From: Acidobacteriota bacterium
GTDB lineage: Bacteria; Acidobacteriota; Blastocatellia; RBC074
NCBI GenBank assembly: GCA_033763255.1
Contig: JANRKX010000024.1
Coordinates: forward strand, 12,835 to 76,834
Direction: 5' to 3'
DNA length: 64,000 nucleotides
Position numbers and translations under genes: made by a program. This document shows positions 1 through 9,444 of this stretch, piece after piece; the stretch's first letter is position 1, and every line of letters starts with the position of its first letter. Below the pieces are notes generated by a model. That model ran no database searches. It saw only the letters and a program-made list of their open reading frames with translations, and was not told the origin of the DNA.

Positions 1-1463
1 ACATCGTCACGCTCGACACCGCGACGTTTGAATATCGCCCACAACAGAAAGCTCAATTCGCTTCGCTGGGCGCAGCCAAACAAATCGAAGGCCTGCCAGA
101 ACGCTTGCGCTCGCTGGTTTACGCCGAAGACAAAGCCGGTGAATTTCTTTGGCAAACCATGTCCGAAGCCGGCAGTTACGCCGCCAATCGCATCCCTGAA
201 ATCGCCGACAACATTGTCGAAATTGATAACGCGATGAAGTGGGGCTTTGCGCATGAAATGGGGCCATTTGAAAAATGGGACGCCATCGGCGTTGAAAAGT
301 CCGTCGCGCGATTGAAAGAAGAAGGCCGCCCAATTCCGGCCAACGTCGAAAAGATGCTCGCCACCGGAGCCAAAAGCTTTTACAAAACTGAAAACGGCGC
401 ACGGCAGTTTTTCGATTTTGCCAGCGGCGAATACAAACCTGTCACAACTCCGGCAGGCATCACCATCCTGAAATCGCTGAAAGATCAAAACAAAGTCGTC
501 AAGAAAAACGCTGGCGCAAGCCTGATTGATCTGGGTGACGGCGTGGCCTGCGTTGAATTTCATTCCAAGATGAACGCCCTGGGCAGCGATCAATTGGGAA
601 TGATTCAATGGGCAGTTAAAGAAGTTGAAAAGAATTACGTCGGCCTGGTCATCGGCAATCAAGGCGAGAATTTTTCTGCCGGAGCAAACATCATGATGAT
701 GCTGATGGCCGCGCAGGAAGGCGAGTGGGACGAAATCAATCTTGGCGTTCGCCAGTTCCAAAACACTACGATGAGCCTGCGTTATTCGGCGAAGCCTGTC
801 GTTGTCGCGCCGCATCATCTGACGTTGGGCGGAGGTTGCGAAATGGTGCTGCACGCCGACCGCGCAGTGGCTGCGGCTGAAACTTACATCGGCCTGGTTG
901 AAGTCGGCGTCGGCTTGCTTCCAGGCGGCGGCGGCACAAAGGAAATGGCCGTTCGCGCAGCCGAAGCGGCTGAAGCTTCGCCGGGCGTGGATCAGTTTGA
1001 AGTTCTTCGCGCCAACTTCGAGATGACCGCGATGGCCAAAGTCGCCACCAACGCCGTCGAAGCCCGCAAGTGGGGCTTGCTGCGCAAAGCCGACCGCGTG
1101 GTGATGAACGACAAACGCGTTATCGAAGAAGCCAAACAAACCGTGCTGACGCTCGCGCGCGAAGGCTACACGCCGCCGCAACCGCGTCAGGACGTTTTGG
1201 TTTTAGGCGAATCGGCGCTGACTAAATTCAAATTGGGCATGCACATGATGCAACGCGGCGGATACATCTCCGCGCACGATGCCTTGATCGGAACCAAGAT
1301 CGCCACGGTCATGAGCGGCGGCAATCTGACCCGCCCGACGCGCGTCAGCGAACAATACCTGCTCGATCTGGAACGTGAAGCCTTCGTCAGTCTGTGCGGA
1401 ACCAAAGCCACTCAGGAACGACTGGCGCATATGCTGAAGACGGGCAAACCGCTACGGAATTAA
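1..1463 (+). CDS. 3-hydroxyacyl-CoA dehydrogenase / enoyl-CoA hydratase fusion protein, C-terminal part (5' end lies outside the window)
   Basis: Frame 3 is open from nt 3 with no stop before the listed Met at 105, so the gene is cut by the window edge. A 3HCDH C-terminal-like segment (MGPFEKWDAIG) is followed by a crotonase-fold segment (GDGVACVEFHSKMNALG, GNQGENFSAGANI). Stop TAA at 1461-1463. Thiolase and acyl-CoA dehydrogenase genes lie downstream. Confidence 0.9.
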   Translation, partial: IVTLDTATFEYRPQQKAQFASLGAAKQIEGLPERLRSLVYAEDKAGEFLWQTMSEAGSYAANRIPEIADNIVEIDNAMKWGFAHEMGPFEKWDAIGVEKSVARLKEEGRPIPANVEKMLATGAKSFYKTENGARQFFDFASGEYKPVTTPAGITILKSLKDQNKVVKKNAGASLIDLGDGVACVEFHSKMNALGSDQLGMIQWAVKEVEKNYVGLVIGNQGENFSAGANIMMMLMAAQEGEWDEINLGVRQFQNTTMSLRYSAKPVVVAPHHLTLGGGCEMVLHADRAVAAAETYIGLVEVGVGLLPGGGGTKEMAVRAAEAAEASPGVDQFEVLRANFEMTAMAKVATNAVEARKWGLLRKADRVVMNDKRVIEEAKQTVLTLAREGYTPPQPRQDVLVLGESALTKFKLGMHMMQRGGYISAHDALIGTKIATVMSGGNLTRPTRVSEQYLLDLEREAFVSLCGTKATQERLAHMLKTGKPLRN

Positions 1464-1475
1464 GAAGGAGACATT

Positions 1476-1763
1476 ATGCAAACCAACGAATCTGTTAAGT
1501 CACAGATGATTCAGCAAGCTGTCATTGAAAAGTTGGCGCTACTTTCGATGGAAAAGCAGCAGAAAGTTTTGGCCTACGCTGATGAATTGGCTCAACCCAA
1601 AACTGACGGCCAAAATTTGTGGGACATGATTCAAGAGTGTACCAAAGATGTTCCGCCTGAAGCTTGGGAGGAATTGCCAACAGATGGCGCGCTCAATCAC
1701 GATCATTATTTGTACGGCGCACCGAAGCGTTACAACCCCGATGGTAGCCTGATCGAACGATGA
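1476..1763 (+). CDS. small antitoxin-like protein (DUF2281-like N-terminus), partner of the downstream PIN toxin
   Basis: AAGGAG lies upstream of ATG 1476. The protein is 95 aa. Its stop overlaps the PIN start (ATGA, 1760-1763). The N-terminal IEKLALLSMEKQQKVLAYADELA resembles antitoxins paired with PIN proteins. Confidence 0.7.
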   Translation: MQTNESVKSQMIQQAVIEKLALLSMEKQQKVLAYADELAQPKTDGQNLWDMIQECTKDVPPEAWEELPTDGALNHDHYLYGAPKRYNPDGSLIER

Positions 1764-2167
1764 AAACTATCTTCGTTGATACATTTTTCTACATTGACGC
1801 GATGAGCCAAAACGCCGATTTGCGGCTGAGAGCTGAACAAGCTGTTGCGTCTATTGGCCAAGCTCAGTTTGTAACAACTGATCTGGTATTGACTGAGTTG
1901 CTGAATTATTACGCGAACTACAGGCCGTTCGTCCGAAAAGCCGCTGCCAATTTGGTCAGAACGTTGTTGGCTAACACCAAAACCGAAGTCATACAACTTT
2001 CGCATCAAACTTTTCTTGAAGGCTTGGCGCTTTACGAATCACGCCCAGACAAAGGCTACAGCGTGACTGATTGCATCTCAATGAACGTGATGCGTGAACG
2101 AGGAATTTCAGAAGTCTTAACTCACGACCACCACTTCGCACAGGAAGGGTTCGTCGTTTTGATTTGA
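1760..2167 (+). CDS. vapC: PIN-domain ribonuclease toxin (VapC family)
   Basis: 135 aa with N-terminal FVDTFFYID (first acidic residue), [20 protein letters not shown] and THDHHF, which together match the PIN acidic quartet layout. It has a 4-nt overlap with the upstream small ORF. Confidence 0.85.
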   Translation: MKTIFVDTFFYIDAMSQNADLRLRAEQAVASIGQAQFVTTDLVLTELLNYYANYRPFVRKAAANLVRTLLANTKTEVIQLSHQTFLEGLALYESRPDKGYSVTDCISMNVMRERGISEVLTHDHHFAQEGFVVLI

Positions 2168-2177
2168 GGAGAATCAC

Positions 2178-3374
2178 ATGCGTGAAGCAGTTATCGTCAA
2201 CGCTCTGAGAACCGCCATCGGCAAATCCGGGCGAGGCGCGTTGAAAGACTCAAGGCCGGATGATCTGGCCGCGGCCGTCATCAAAAAGTTGTTGGCCGAT
2301 GCGCCGCAAGTCGCTCCGGCGGAAATCGAAGACGTGGTCATTGGCTGCGCGACGCCCGAAGCGCAGCAAGGCATGAATATGGCGCGGCAAGCGGCTTTGC
2401 TGGCGGGCATTCCGAACACGGCTTCGGCGATTACGATCAATCGCTTTTGCTCGTCGGGCTTGCAAGCCATTGCCCAGGCCGCCGAGCACATCATGGTTGG
2501 TTCGGCTGACGTGGCCATTGGCGCAGGAGCCGAATCCATGTCGTTGTTGCCGATGGGCGGATACAACTTGTCGCCGAACGCTACGTTGGTGGATAGCTAT
2601 CCCGACACGTATTTGAACATGGGATTGACCGCTGAAAACCTGGCTCGCAAATACGAAATCACGCGCGAACAGGCTGACGAATTCAGCGTGCGTTCACACC
2701 GCAATGCTGCCTCGGCGATTGACTTTGGCCGCTTTAAGGATGAAATCGTTCCCTTCACCGTCGCGACGCGCGAACTGGAAACCGACGACAAAGGGCGAGG
2801 CAAAATTCGCGTCAAGGAAACAGTCTTTGAAGTTGACGAAGGCGTGCGGCGCGACACGGGCATGGAAGGTTTGGCCAAGCTGCGTCCGGCCTTTCACGTC
2901 AAAGGCACAGTCACGGCGGGCAATTCGTCGCAGACTTCGGACGGCGCGGCGGCGGCATTGGTGATGTCCTCCACACGCGCTGAAGCATTGGGACTCAAGC
3001 CGATGGCGCGCTTCGTCGCGTTCGCAACCGGCGGCGTTGCGCCCGAAGAAATGGGCATCGGGCCGGTTGTCGCGATTCCCAAAGTTCTGAAGATCGCCGG
3101 CCTCAAGCTGGAAGATATTGATTTGATCGAACTCAACGAAGCTTTTGCGGCGCAAGCCCTGTCGGTCATCAAAGTCTTGAACCTCGATCTGGAACGACTG
3201 AACGTCAACGGCGGAGCGGTCGCGCTCGGCCATCCGCTCGGCTGCACTGGCGCAAAGCTGACGGCGACGTTGCTTTACGAAATGAAACGCCGAAAGGCGC
3301 GCTACGGCATGGTCACGATGTGCGTCGGCGGCGGAATGGGTGCGGCGGGCATCTTCGAGAATTTGATGAGGTGA
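2178..3374 (+). CDS. fadA: acetyl-CoA C-acyltransferase (3-ketoacyl-CoA thiolase)
   Basis: Thiolase motifs [11 protein letters not shown] (active Cys), [24 protein letters not shown] and [19 protein letters not shown] lies before the ATG. Confidence 0.95.
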   Translation: MREAVIVNALRTAIGKSGRGALKDSRPDDLAAAVIKKLLADAPQVAPAEIEDVVIGCATPEAQQGMNMARQAALLAGIPNTASAITINRFCSSGLQAIAQAAEHIMVGSADVAIGAGAESMSLLPMGGYNLSPNATLVDSYPDTYLNMGLTAENLARKYEITREQADEFSVRSHRNAASAIDFGRFKDEIVPFTVATRELETDDKGRGKIRVKETVFEVDEGVRRDTGMEGLAKLRPAFHVKGTVTAGNSSQTSDGAAAALVMSSTRAEALGLKPMARFVAFATGGVAPEEMGIGPVVAIPKVLKIAGLKLEDIDLIELNEAFAAQALSVIKVLNLDLERLNVNGGAVALGHPLGCTGAKLTATLLYEMKRRKARYGMVTMCVGGGMGAAGIFENLMR

Positions 3375-3377
3375 TTT

Positions 3378-3767
3378 ATGAACAGCAATGGAACGAACGA
3401 ACCGACGAAAGACCTGACTGAAGACCTGAGCGACCGGCAATTACTGCTGCTGTTGCTTGAGCGCGTCACCGAAGACCGACAATTATTGTCCCAGTTGCTT
3501 GAGCGCACCGCGCGGCTGGAATCGGCAGAGGAAGACCGCAAGCTTGAAACTCGTCCGCTCTGGGCGCGACTGGACGGCCAAGTAACGCAAATGCTAGCCA
3601 AGTTAATGGCTATCGAAGAAGAGCAGGGGCGAATGCGCGAGGAACAACAGCGGATGCGCTTTGAAATTAGCGGGTTCAGCGAAGACCTTCGTAATGAGCG
3701 ACTGGCGCGTTTTTATCTGGTGGAGCGAATGAATACGCTGGAAAGAGCGCAATCATCACAGCAGTAA
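3378..3767 (+). CDS. hypothetical coiled-coil protein
   Basis: ATG lies 3 nt after the thiolase stop, with a GAGGTGA RBS. 129 aa rich in E/R/L/Q heptad-like sequence (LLLLLLERVTEDRQLLSQLLERTARLE). No recognisable domain. Confidence 0.6.
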   Translation: MNSNGTNEPTKDLTEDLSDRQLLLLLLERVTEDRQLLSQLLERTARLESAEEDRKLETRPLWARLDGQVTQMLAKLMAIEEEQGRMREEQQRMRFEISGFSEDLRNERLARFYLVERMNTLERAQSSQQ

Positions 3768-3803
3768 AACCAATTCATAACCAATCAAAGGAAGACATAA
3801 ACC

Positions 3804-5579
3804 ATGGCAGCACATGAAATCATCAAAGGCGGCGGCTTTCTGCTTCAGGAAACTTCGCCCGCAACCGTTTTCTCACCCGAAGATTTCAACGACGAACAAA
3901 AACTGATCGCGCAAACAACCGATGAATTCGTCGAAAACGAAATCATTCCGAACTTCGACCGGATCGAAACCAAGGATTACGAAATCCAGCGCGAACTCAT
4001 CAAGAAGGCCGCTGACCTGGGTTTGATCAACGCGCCGATTCCCGAAGCTTACGGCGGACTCGATCTGGATCACGTGTCGCAGATGTTGATCTACGAACAC
4101 CTGACCGGCAGCGCGTCGTTTTCGACGGGCTTTGGCGGAACGGCTGGCATTGGCTTGTTGCCGATTCTGCTCTTCGGCACGCACGAACAGAAAGAGAAGT
4201 ATTTGCCGAAACTCGGTTCAGGCGAATGGGTCGGCGCGTACGCCTTGAGCGAATCAAGTTCCGGCTCTGACGCGCTGGGAGCAAAATCCACCGCGCGATT
4301 GAGCGAAGACGGCGCGCACTGGATTTTGAACGGCGAAAAAATGTGGATCACCAACGGTGGCTTTGCCGATGTCGTCACCATCTTTGCCAAAGTGGACGGC
4401 GAACATTTCACCGGCTTCATTGTCGAAAAGAACGATCCAGGAGTCAGCCACGGCAACGAAGAACACAAACTGGGTCAGCGCGGATCGTCCACTACGCCGA
4501 TCATTATGCAAGACGCGAAAATCCCTAAAGACCGTTTGCTGGGCGAAATCGGCAAAGGCCATTTGATCGCCTTCAATGTGCTGAATCACGGGCGCATCAA
4601 CCTGGGCGTGGGTGGAGTCGGCGGCAGCAAACGAGTCGTTGAGCAAGCCGCGAAATACGCCGCGCAACGTCGTCAGTTCGGACGCGCCATCGCCAGCTTC
4701 GGCGCGATTCAATACAAGATCGCCGAAATGGCCGCGCGCACCTTTGCCTGCGAATCCGCCGTTTATCGCACCGCCGGAATGATCGAAGCGCGCGAAGCGA
4801 CAATTGACCGCACGAACCCGGTCGAATTGATGAAAGCCATCGAGGAATACGCCATCGAATGCGCCATCGCCAAAGTCGCCGGTTCCGAATTGCTGTTTTA
4901 TTGCGCCGATGAAAACGTGCAGATTCACGGCGGCAACGGCTTCACAGAAGATTACCCGGCAGAAGGCGTGTACCGCGATTGCCGCGTCAACCGCATCTTT
5001 GAAGGCACGAACGAAATCAACCGCCTGTTGATTCCAGGCCAGCTCATCAAACGCGCGATGAAAGGCGGATTGCCGCTGTTCCAGGCTGCGATGAAGTTGC
5101 AGGAAGAATTGCTAGCCGGACCTTCGTTCGATGAAAGCGACGAAGAATCTCCGCTGGCCAACGAAACCAAATTGGCGGCCAACGCCAAGAAAGTCGCCAT
5201 CGCTTTGCTCGGTTCCGCCGCGCAAAAATTCCAGGCGGCGCTGGCCGAACAGCAAATGATCCTGAGCTGGACGGCGGATGTCATCATTGACGCCTTCCAG
5301 ATTGACAGCGCCGTTGGCCGCACCGCCAAGCTGATTGCTCAGGACGGAGCGGAAAAACACTCAGCGGCGATTGACGCGACGAAGCTCTTCACGCACGACG
5401 CCATCAACCGCATTGAAGTCGCCGCCAAAAACGCTCTGGCCGCAATTTCCGACGGTGATGAACTGCGCGTGATGCTGGTAGCGTTGCGCCGCCTGACCAA
5501 ACAAGACCCACTCAACACGGCTGCGATTCGTGAACGACTCTCCAACAAAGTCGTTGAAGCTGGCGGTTACATTTTCTGA
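3804..5579 (+). CDS. acyl-CoA dehydrogenase, long (about 590 aa) form
   Basis: ACAD motifs YALSESSSGSDA and HGGNGFTEDYPAEGVYRDCRVNRIFEGTNEI (catalytic Glu context), plus a C-terminal extension typical of long-chain FadE-like enzymes. Confidence 0.93.
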   Translation: MAAHEIIKGGGFLLQETSPATVFSPEDFNDEQKLIAQTTDEFVENEIIPNFDRIETKDYEIQRELIKKAADLGLINAPIPEAYGGLDLDHVSQMLIYEHLTGSASFSTGFGGTAGIGLLPILLFGTHEQKEKYLPKLGSGEWVGAYALSESSSGSDALGAKSTARLSEDGAHWILNGEKMWITNGGFADVVTIFAKVDGEHFTGFIVEKNDPGVSHGNEEHKLGQRGSSTTPIIMQDAKIPKDRLLGEIGKGHLIAFNVLNHGRINLGVGGVGGSKRVVEQAAKYAAQRRQFGRAIASFGAIQYKIAEMAARTFACESAVYRTAGMIEAREATIDRTNPVELMKAIEEYAIECAIAKVAGSELLFYCADENVQIHGGNGFTEDYPAEGVYRDCRVNRIFEGTNEINRLLIPGQLIKRAMKGGLPLFQAAMKLQEELLAGPSFDESDEESPLANETKLAANAKKVAIALLGSAAQKFQAALAEQQMILSWTADVIIDAFQIDSAVGRTAKLIAQDGAEKHSAAIDATKLFTHDAINRIEVAAKNALAAISDGDELRVMLVALRRLTKQDPLNTAAIRERLSNKVVEAGGYIF

Positions 5580-5650
5580 CGCCAAACCTGATCCAAGTTC
5601 CAGGCTCGCGTTGGGTGCGCGAGCCTGGAACTCGGCTGAAAGAGGTGTTT

Positions 5651-6286
5651 ATGCAAGTAAGCGAAGAAACTCAGCAACAGTTTGAGCAGGAAGAGCAAGC
5701 CTACTGGCAGCAACGTGACGAATTGATAAGGCAATATGGCGGCAAATGGGTGGCCATCGTTGGCCGGCAAGTCGTCGCCGTTGGCGAACAAATGAGCAAA
5801 GTCGCCGCCGAAGCTTGGCGAAAAACCGGTAGCGGTTTGATGTATGTGAATTTGGTCGGCGAAGAAAATGTTGTGCTGCGCGTTCGCCAGGTTACTTCAG
5901 GCATCTACGACCGGAGTTACGCGCCTCCGATGCCGATGATTACCGCGCCGGTCAGTAATTTGCGTTTGAATGAATCAACCGAAGTTACCTTCGTTATAGA
6001 CACTGGCGCAGACCTCACTGTTTTGCGAAATGATGTGGCAGATGAGGCCGGATTGTGGAGTGACCTGGCCGGGCGTCTTTCGGTGGGTGGCATCGGCGGA
6101 ACGCCAAAAATGCGCCAGCTTTACAATGCGCTGGTTCACGTTGGCGAGCATCCTGTTTTCGTTACGGTTGATTGCCGGGATGATGTTGACGAAGACATTC
6201 TTGGGCGAGACGTAATCAACGAATTTTCAATGACTGTCTGCGCCAAAAGAGAGCAAGTGGATTTTGAATGGATTGACGAGGTTTGA
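5651..6286 (+). CDS. DUF5678-like N-terminal domain fused to a retropepsin-like (clan AA) aspartic protease domain
   Basis: AGAGG RBS lies before ATG 5651 (the track start at 5615 is less likely). The N-terminus has YGGKWVAIVGRQVVAVGE (DUF5678-like). The C-terminus has FVIDTGADLTVL (DTGA catalytic motif) and ILGRDVI (retropepsin flap/ILG motif). Confidence 0.75.
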   Translation: MQVSEETQQQFEQEEQAYWQQRDELIRQYGGKWVAIVGRQVVAVGEQMSKVAAEAWRKTGSGLMYVNLVGEENVVLRVRQVTSGIYDRSYAPPMPMITAPVSNLRLNESTEVTFVIDTGADLTVLRNDVADEAGLWSDLAGRLSVGGIGGTPKMRQLYNALVHVGEHPVFVTVDCRDDVDEDILGRDVINEFSMTVCAKREQVDFEWIDEV

Positions 6287-7128
6287 TGATGATAGAAGCT
6301 TTCTCAATCATTGACGCATGGGCGCAACCGGCTCGGCGCGAAGCTTTCGCGAAACTGCCGGAGGTCGCTCGGCTGTTCAAACAATCCGGCTCGGCGCATT
6401 TGCTGGAAGCTGGCTTAACGACGGCGCAGATCGTCGCCGAGATGGATCGCGCAGGAATTCAAACCTTGATGCTGTCGGCGTGGCATCGTCCCGGGACTTG
6501 GGTGTTCAGCAATGACTTGATCGCGGAAATGGTGGACGAGTTCCCAGATCGTTTTGTCGGCGTAGCCAGCGTCAATCTGGAAAAACCAGTCGAAGCCGTC
6601 CGCGAATTGGATCGCGCCGTGAACGAACTTGGCTTCAAGGCGCTGCGCGTCATTCCCTGGCTATGGAAGCTGCCGCCGAATGACAAGCTGTATTACCCGC
6701 TGTATGTGAAGTGCATCGAACTCGACATTCCCTTTTGCACTCAAGTCGGCCACACGGGACCGTTGATGCCTTCGGAAACGGGACGTCCGGTTCCTTACCT
6801 GGACGAAGTCGCGCTGACCTTTCCCGAACTGAAAATCGTCGCCGGACACATCGGCCATCCGTGGACTGACGAAATGATCGGCGTGGCGTGGAAACACGAG
6901 AACGTTTTCATTGACACCTCGGCGTACCTGCCACGCTATTACCCGCCGCAACTGCTGCATTACATGAAAACTTATGGGCAGGATAAGGTGATGTTCGGAT
7001 CGAACTTCCCGCAGTTGTCTTTGGAAAAGTGCGTTCAACAAGTGAACGAGCTTGGATTGGCCGATGACATCAAAGCGAAGTTCCTGTTCCAAAACGCTCA
7101 GCGTGTGTTCAAGCTTGAGACCAATTGA
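6286..7128 (+). CDS. amidohydrolase family protein (Amidohydro_2-like metal-dependent hydrolase)
   Basis: ATG at 6286 overlaps the upstream TGA by 1 nt (TGATG). Motifs AGHIGHPWTDE and FIDTSAY, with overall TIM-barrel amidohydrolase-like sequence. Confidence 0.8.
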   Translation: MMIEAFSIIDAWAQPARREAFAKLPEVARLFKQSGSAHLLEAGLTTAQIVAEMDRAGIQTLMLSAWHRPGTWVFSNDLIAEMVDEFPDRFVGVASVNLEKPVEAVRELDRAVNELGFKALRVIPWLWKLPPNDKLYYPLYVKCIELDIPFCTQVGHTGPLMPSETGRPVPYLDEVALTFPELKIVAGHIGHPWTDEMIGVAWKHENVFIDTSAYLPRYYPPQLLHYMKTYGQDKVMFGSNFPQLSLEKCVQQVNELGLADDIKAKFLFQNAQRVFKLETN

Positions 7129-8072
7129 TGCGAATCGAAAAACTGACGATCCCAACTCCCTTCCCTGTTGGCCCGATCAACATTTATCTGGTCATCGAAG
7201 ACCCGTTGACGCTGGTGGACACCGGCCCAAAAACCGATGAAGCTCTGGCGGCGTTGCGCGCGCAGTTGCAGCAACTCGGTTTTTCTATCAAAGACATCCA
7301 GCGAGTCATCCTCACGCACACGCACGAAGACCATTGCGGATTGGCCGCAACGATTCAGCAGGAATCCGGCGCGCGGGTTTACGTTCACGAATGGGAATAC
7401 CAGAACATCTCCGAACACAGAGCCACGCGCGTCAATCGCAACTTGCTGATTCCCGCCGGAGTTCCCGCCGAAGAATTGGAAACGATGGCTGGCCGTTACG
7501 AACTGATTCACCATTACGCCGACGCAGTGGCAAACGTTGAAGCTTTCCGAGATGAGCAGGAATTCGTGTTCGCTTCAGGCAGTTTGCGCATCGTTCACAC
7601 GCCCGGTCACACGCCGGGAAGCTGCTGTCTGCTGCGCGAAGCGACTCGGCTGATGCTGACTGGCGACACGGTGTTGAAAACCATCACGCCGAATCCAGTT
7701 TTGAACTCTGACCCGGTTGACCCGAGCCGCCGCTTTCCTTCGTTGGGAGAATATCTGGTGTCGCTGGCCAGGATTCGAGAATTGGCTCCGACTCTGCTGA
7801 AAACTTCACACGGCGGAGACGTGACCGATTACGAAGAACACTTTCACCGCTCCGTAAAACAGATTCAGGAGCGCCAAAACAAAGTCATAGGCTTTGTCGC
7901 TAAACAAGGTGTCACGGCCTGGGAAATGTCTAAGCTGCTGTTCCCAAAAGTGGACAACCTGAATCGGTTCTTAGCCGTTTCCGAAGCCGTCGCCCATCTT
8001 GATCTGGCCGTTGCCGAAGAAAAACTGCGCATCGAAAAGCGCGGCGACGTGGAATTTTATCTGCGCTATTGA
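7128..8072 (+). CDS. MBL-fold metallo-hydrolase
   Basis: HxHxDH motif LTHTHEDHCG, then later HTPGHTPG. ATG 7128 overlaps the upstream stop by 1 nt. Confidence 0.9.
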   Translation: MRIEKLTIPTPFPVGPINIYLVIEDPLTLVDTGPKTDEALAALRAQLQQLGFSIKDIQRVILTHTHEDHCGLAATIQQESGARVYVHEWEYQNISEHRATRVNRNLLIPAGVPAEELETMAGRYELIHHYADAVANVEAFRDEQEFVFASGSLRIVHTPGHTPGSCCLLREATRLMLTGDTVLKTITPNPVLNSDPVDPSRRFPSLGEYLVSLARIRELAPTLLKTSHGGDVTDYEEHFHRSVKQIQERQNKVIGFVAKQGVTAWEMSKLLFPKVDNLNRFLAVSEAVAHLDLAVAEEKLRIEKRGDVEFYLRY

Positions 8073-8512
8073 TTTCCAAACTTGTTGCACTCTGCCTGTC
8101 GCCGCCTGCCGTAACTGCAAACGAATCACGGAAAATTTTTGAACCGCAAGACTCCATTAGTCGTGCGTTCATCTGTCACGCCGTTGTTCCCAAACAACTT
8201 CCCGTAGCAATATCGCGCCGAAGTTTTTACAAACGATTTACAACTGATTAACAACTGATTGACCTGACAGGCGCATAATCGAATCCTGTCAAAAAAGGTA
8301 TTTAGCAGTATTGGCAAAAAATCTGGTTTGCCTGATTGGTTTGGTTGAAACCTTTTGCCAGATTCGATCACCAACATCGTCGAATCTGACAATTCTGCGA
8401 CAGATTTTATTGAGGCAAAATTTCGGTAAACACTCCCCTCGGAGTTGAAGAGTTCAACAAGGAACCGGGTTTTGCCTTCAGACTTTTGAGTAGACAACTG
8501 CCGGAGATCGTT

Positions 8513-9364
8513 ATGGCCAGCAAAGCTTTTATCCGCACAATTCTCATCGTCGTTCTGGTCTTCACAGCGCACACGGTCAAACCGTTTACGTTTGGCAATG
8601 TTACGCTTCAGGCGTTGGGAACAGCGCGCTCGCTTTCCCTCGTTATGCCTGAAGCCGCCGCCGAACGCATCGAACACGCTCATCACCTGGCATACATTTA
8701 TGGCAAAGGCTTGTTTGACGCTACCCCTTGGACGCAACAAAACATGCTGCAATCCAATCTGGTGGCTTTCGCCAATTCGGTTGAAACCATGATTGATGCC
8801 GACATCAAAGATGTGAAACCCGGTGATCTGAATCGCAAACCGACTCCGAAGCGCCCAGTCAAACGCATCAAACGCGATGAAAATCGAGACGAAGATTCGG
8901 AATGCACCAAGAACGCCGAAATTGCCAACCTGCCAAATAAGCCTTCGGTCAAAACTATTTCTAGCCTGACACCAAATTATCAGCCACGTATGGTCAAAGC
9001 CGGGTTCATTTCCACGGCAGTCAGATCGGAATTGGTTAAACCTATGGTAATGCGGCTTGATTGCGGAGTGGCCGAATTGAGCGAGATCAAAACCATCGCT
9101 TTGATTCATCATCTGCCGCATCTGCACAAGCTGGAAAACCTGAAAGTTCAATTGGTTCTGGTGTCTCAACCGGCTTCACTGACGGCGGTTTGCCGCGACG
9201 CCAGCGTCACCAAAGTTGAAACCACCGAAGCAACAGCGGAAATCGTCGTCGGCCCGGAAGAACAATTTGACGAAGCGGCGGCAGAAGAAGAACAGGAAAT
9301 GGCTCCTGCTCCCCCGCCAGTCGCTTCTATTCCGCGTACGCCGGAATGCATTCGGATTCCATAA
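8513..9364 (+). CDS. hypothetical membrane-anchored or secreted protein with acidic/Pro-rich C-terminus
   Basis: GGAG lies 6 nt before ATG 8513. The N-terminal hydrophobic segment is FIRTILIVVLVFTA. The opposite-strand ORF 8126..9169 has junk-like composition. A strong terminator follows immediately. Confidence 0.6.
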   Translation: MASKAFIRTILIVVLVFTAHTVKPFTFGNVTLQALGTARSLSLVMPEAAAERIEHAHHLAYIYGKGLFDATPWTQQNMLQSNLVAFANSVETMIDADIKDVKPGDLNRKPTPKRPVKRIKRDENRDEDSECTKNAEIANLPNKPSVKTISSLTPNYQPRMVKAGFISTAVRSELVKPMVMRLDCGVAELSEIKTIALIHHLPHLHKLENLKVQLVLVSQPASLTAVCRDASVTKVETTEATAEIVVGPEEQFDEAAAEEEQEMAPAPPPVASIPRTPECIRIP

Positions 9365-9383
9365 CAATAGTTTCATCCAAATC

Positions 9384-9427
9384 AAAAAAGGGAGAGACGG
9401 ATTTTCAAATCCATCTCTCCCTTTTGG
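9384..9427. terminator. bidirectional rho-independent terminator between convergent genes
   Basis: An A-tract (AAAAAA) precedes stem GGGAGAGACGGATTT / AAATCCATCTCTCCC (14 of 15 paired, tiny loop), followed by TTTTGG. It sits between stops at 9364 (+) and 9445 (-). Confidence 0.85.
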
Positions 9428-9444
9428 TTTTCAGTCTGTCGCCG

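Noticed and set aside
8300-8480. Candidate sigma-54 (-24 GG / -12 GC) promoters, for example ttggcaaaaaatctggtttgc and aaggaaccgggttttgcc. I looked for these because an NtrC-type activator is encoded in the window.
   Set aside because: In each case the GG-to-GC spacing is off by at least one nucleotide from the strictly conserved TGGCAC-N5-TTGC geometry. I also saw no convincing match upstream of the two-component operon.
8126-9169. A 347-aa minus-strand ORF competing with the plus-strand gene 8513..9364.
   Set aside because: The minus-strand product has no signal, motif or RBS and is compositionally odd. The plus-strand ORF has a GGAG RBS, an N-terminal hydrophobic anchor, and a strong terminator right after its stop. 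Confidence in the plus-strand call is still only moderate.
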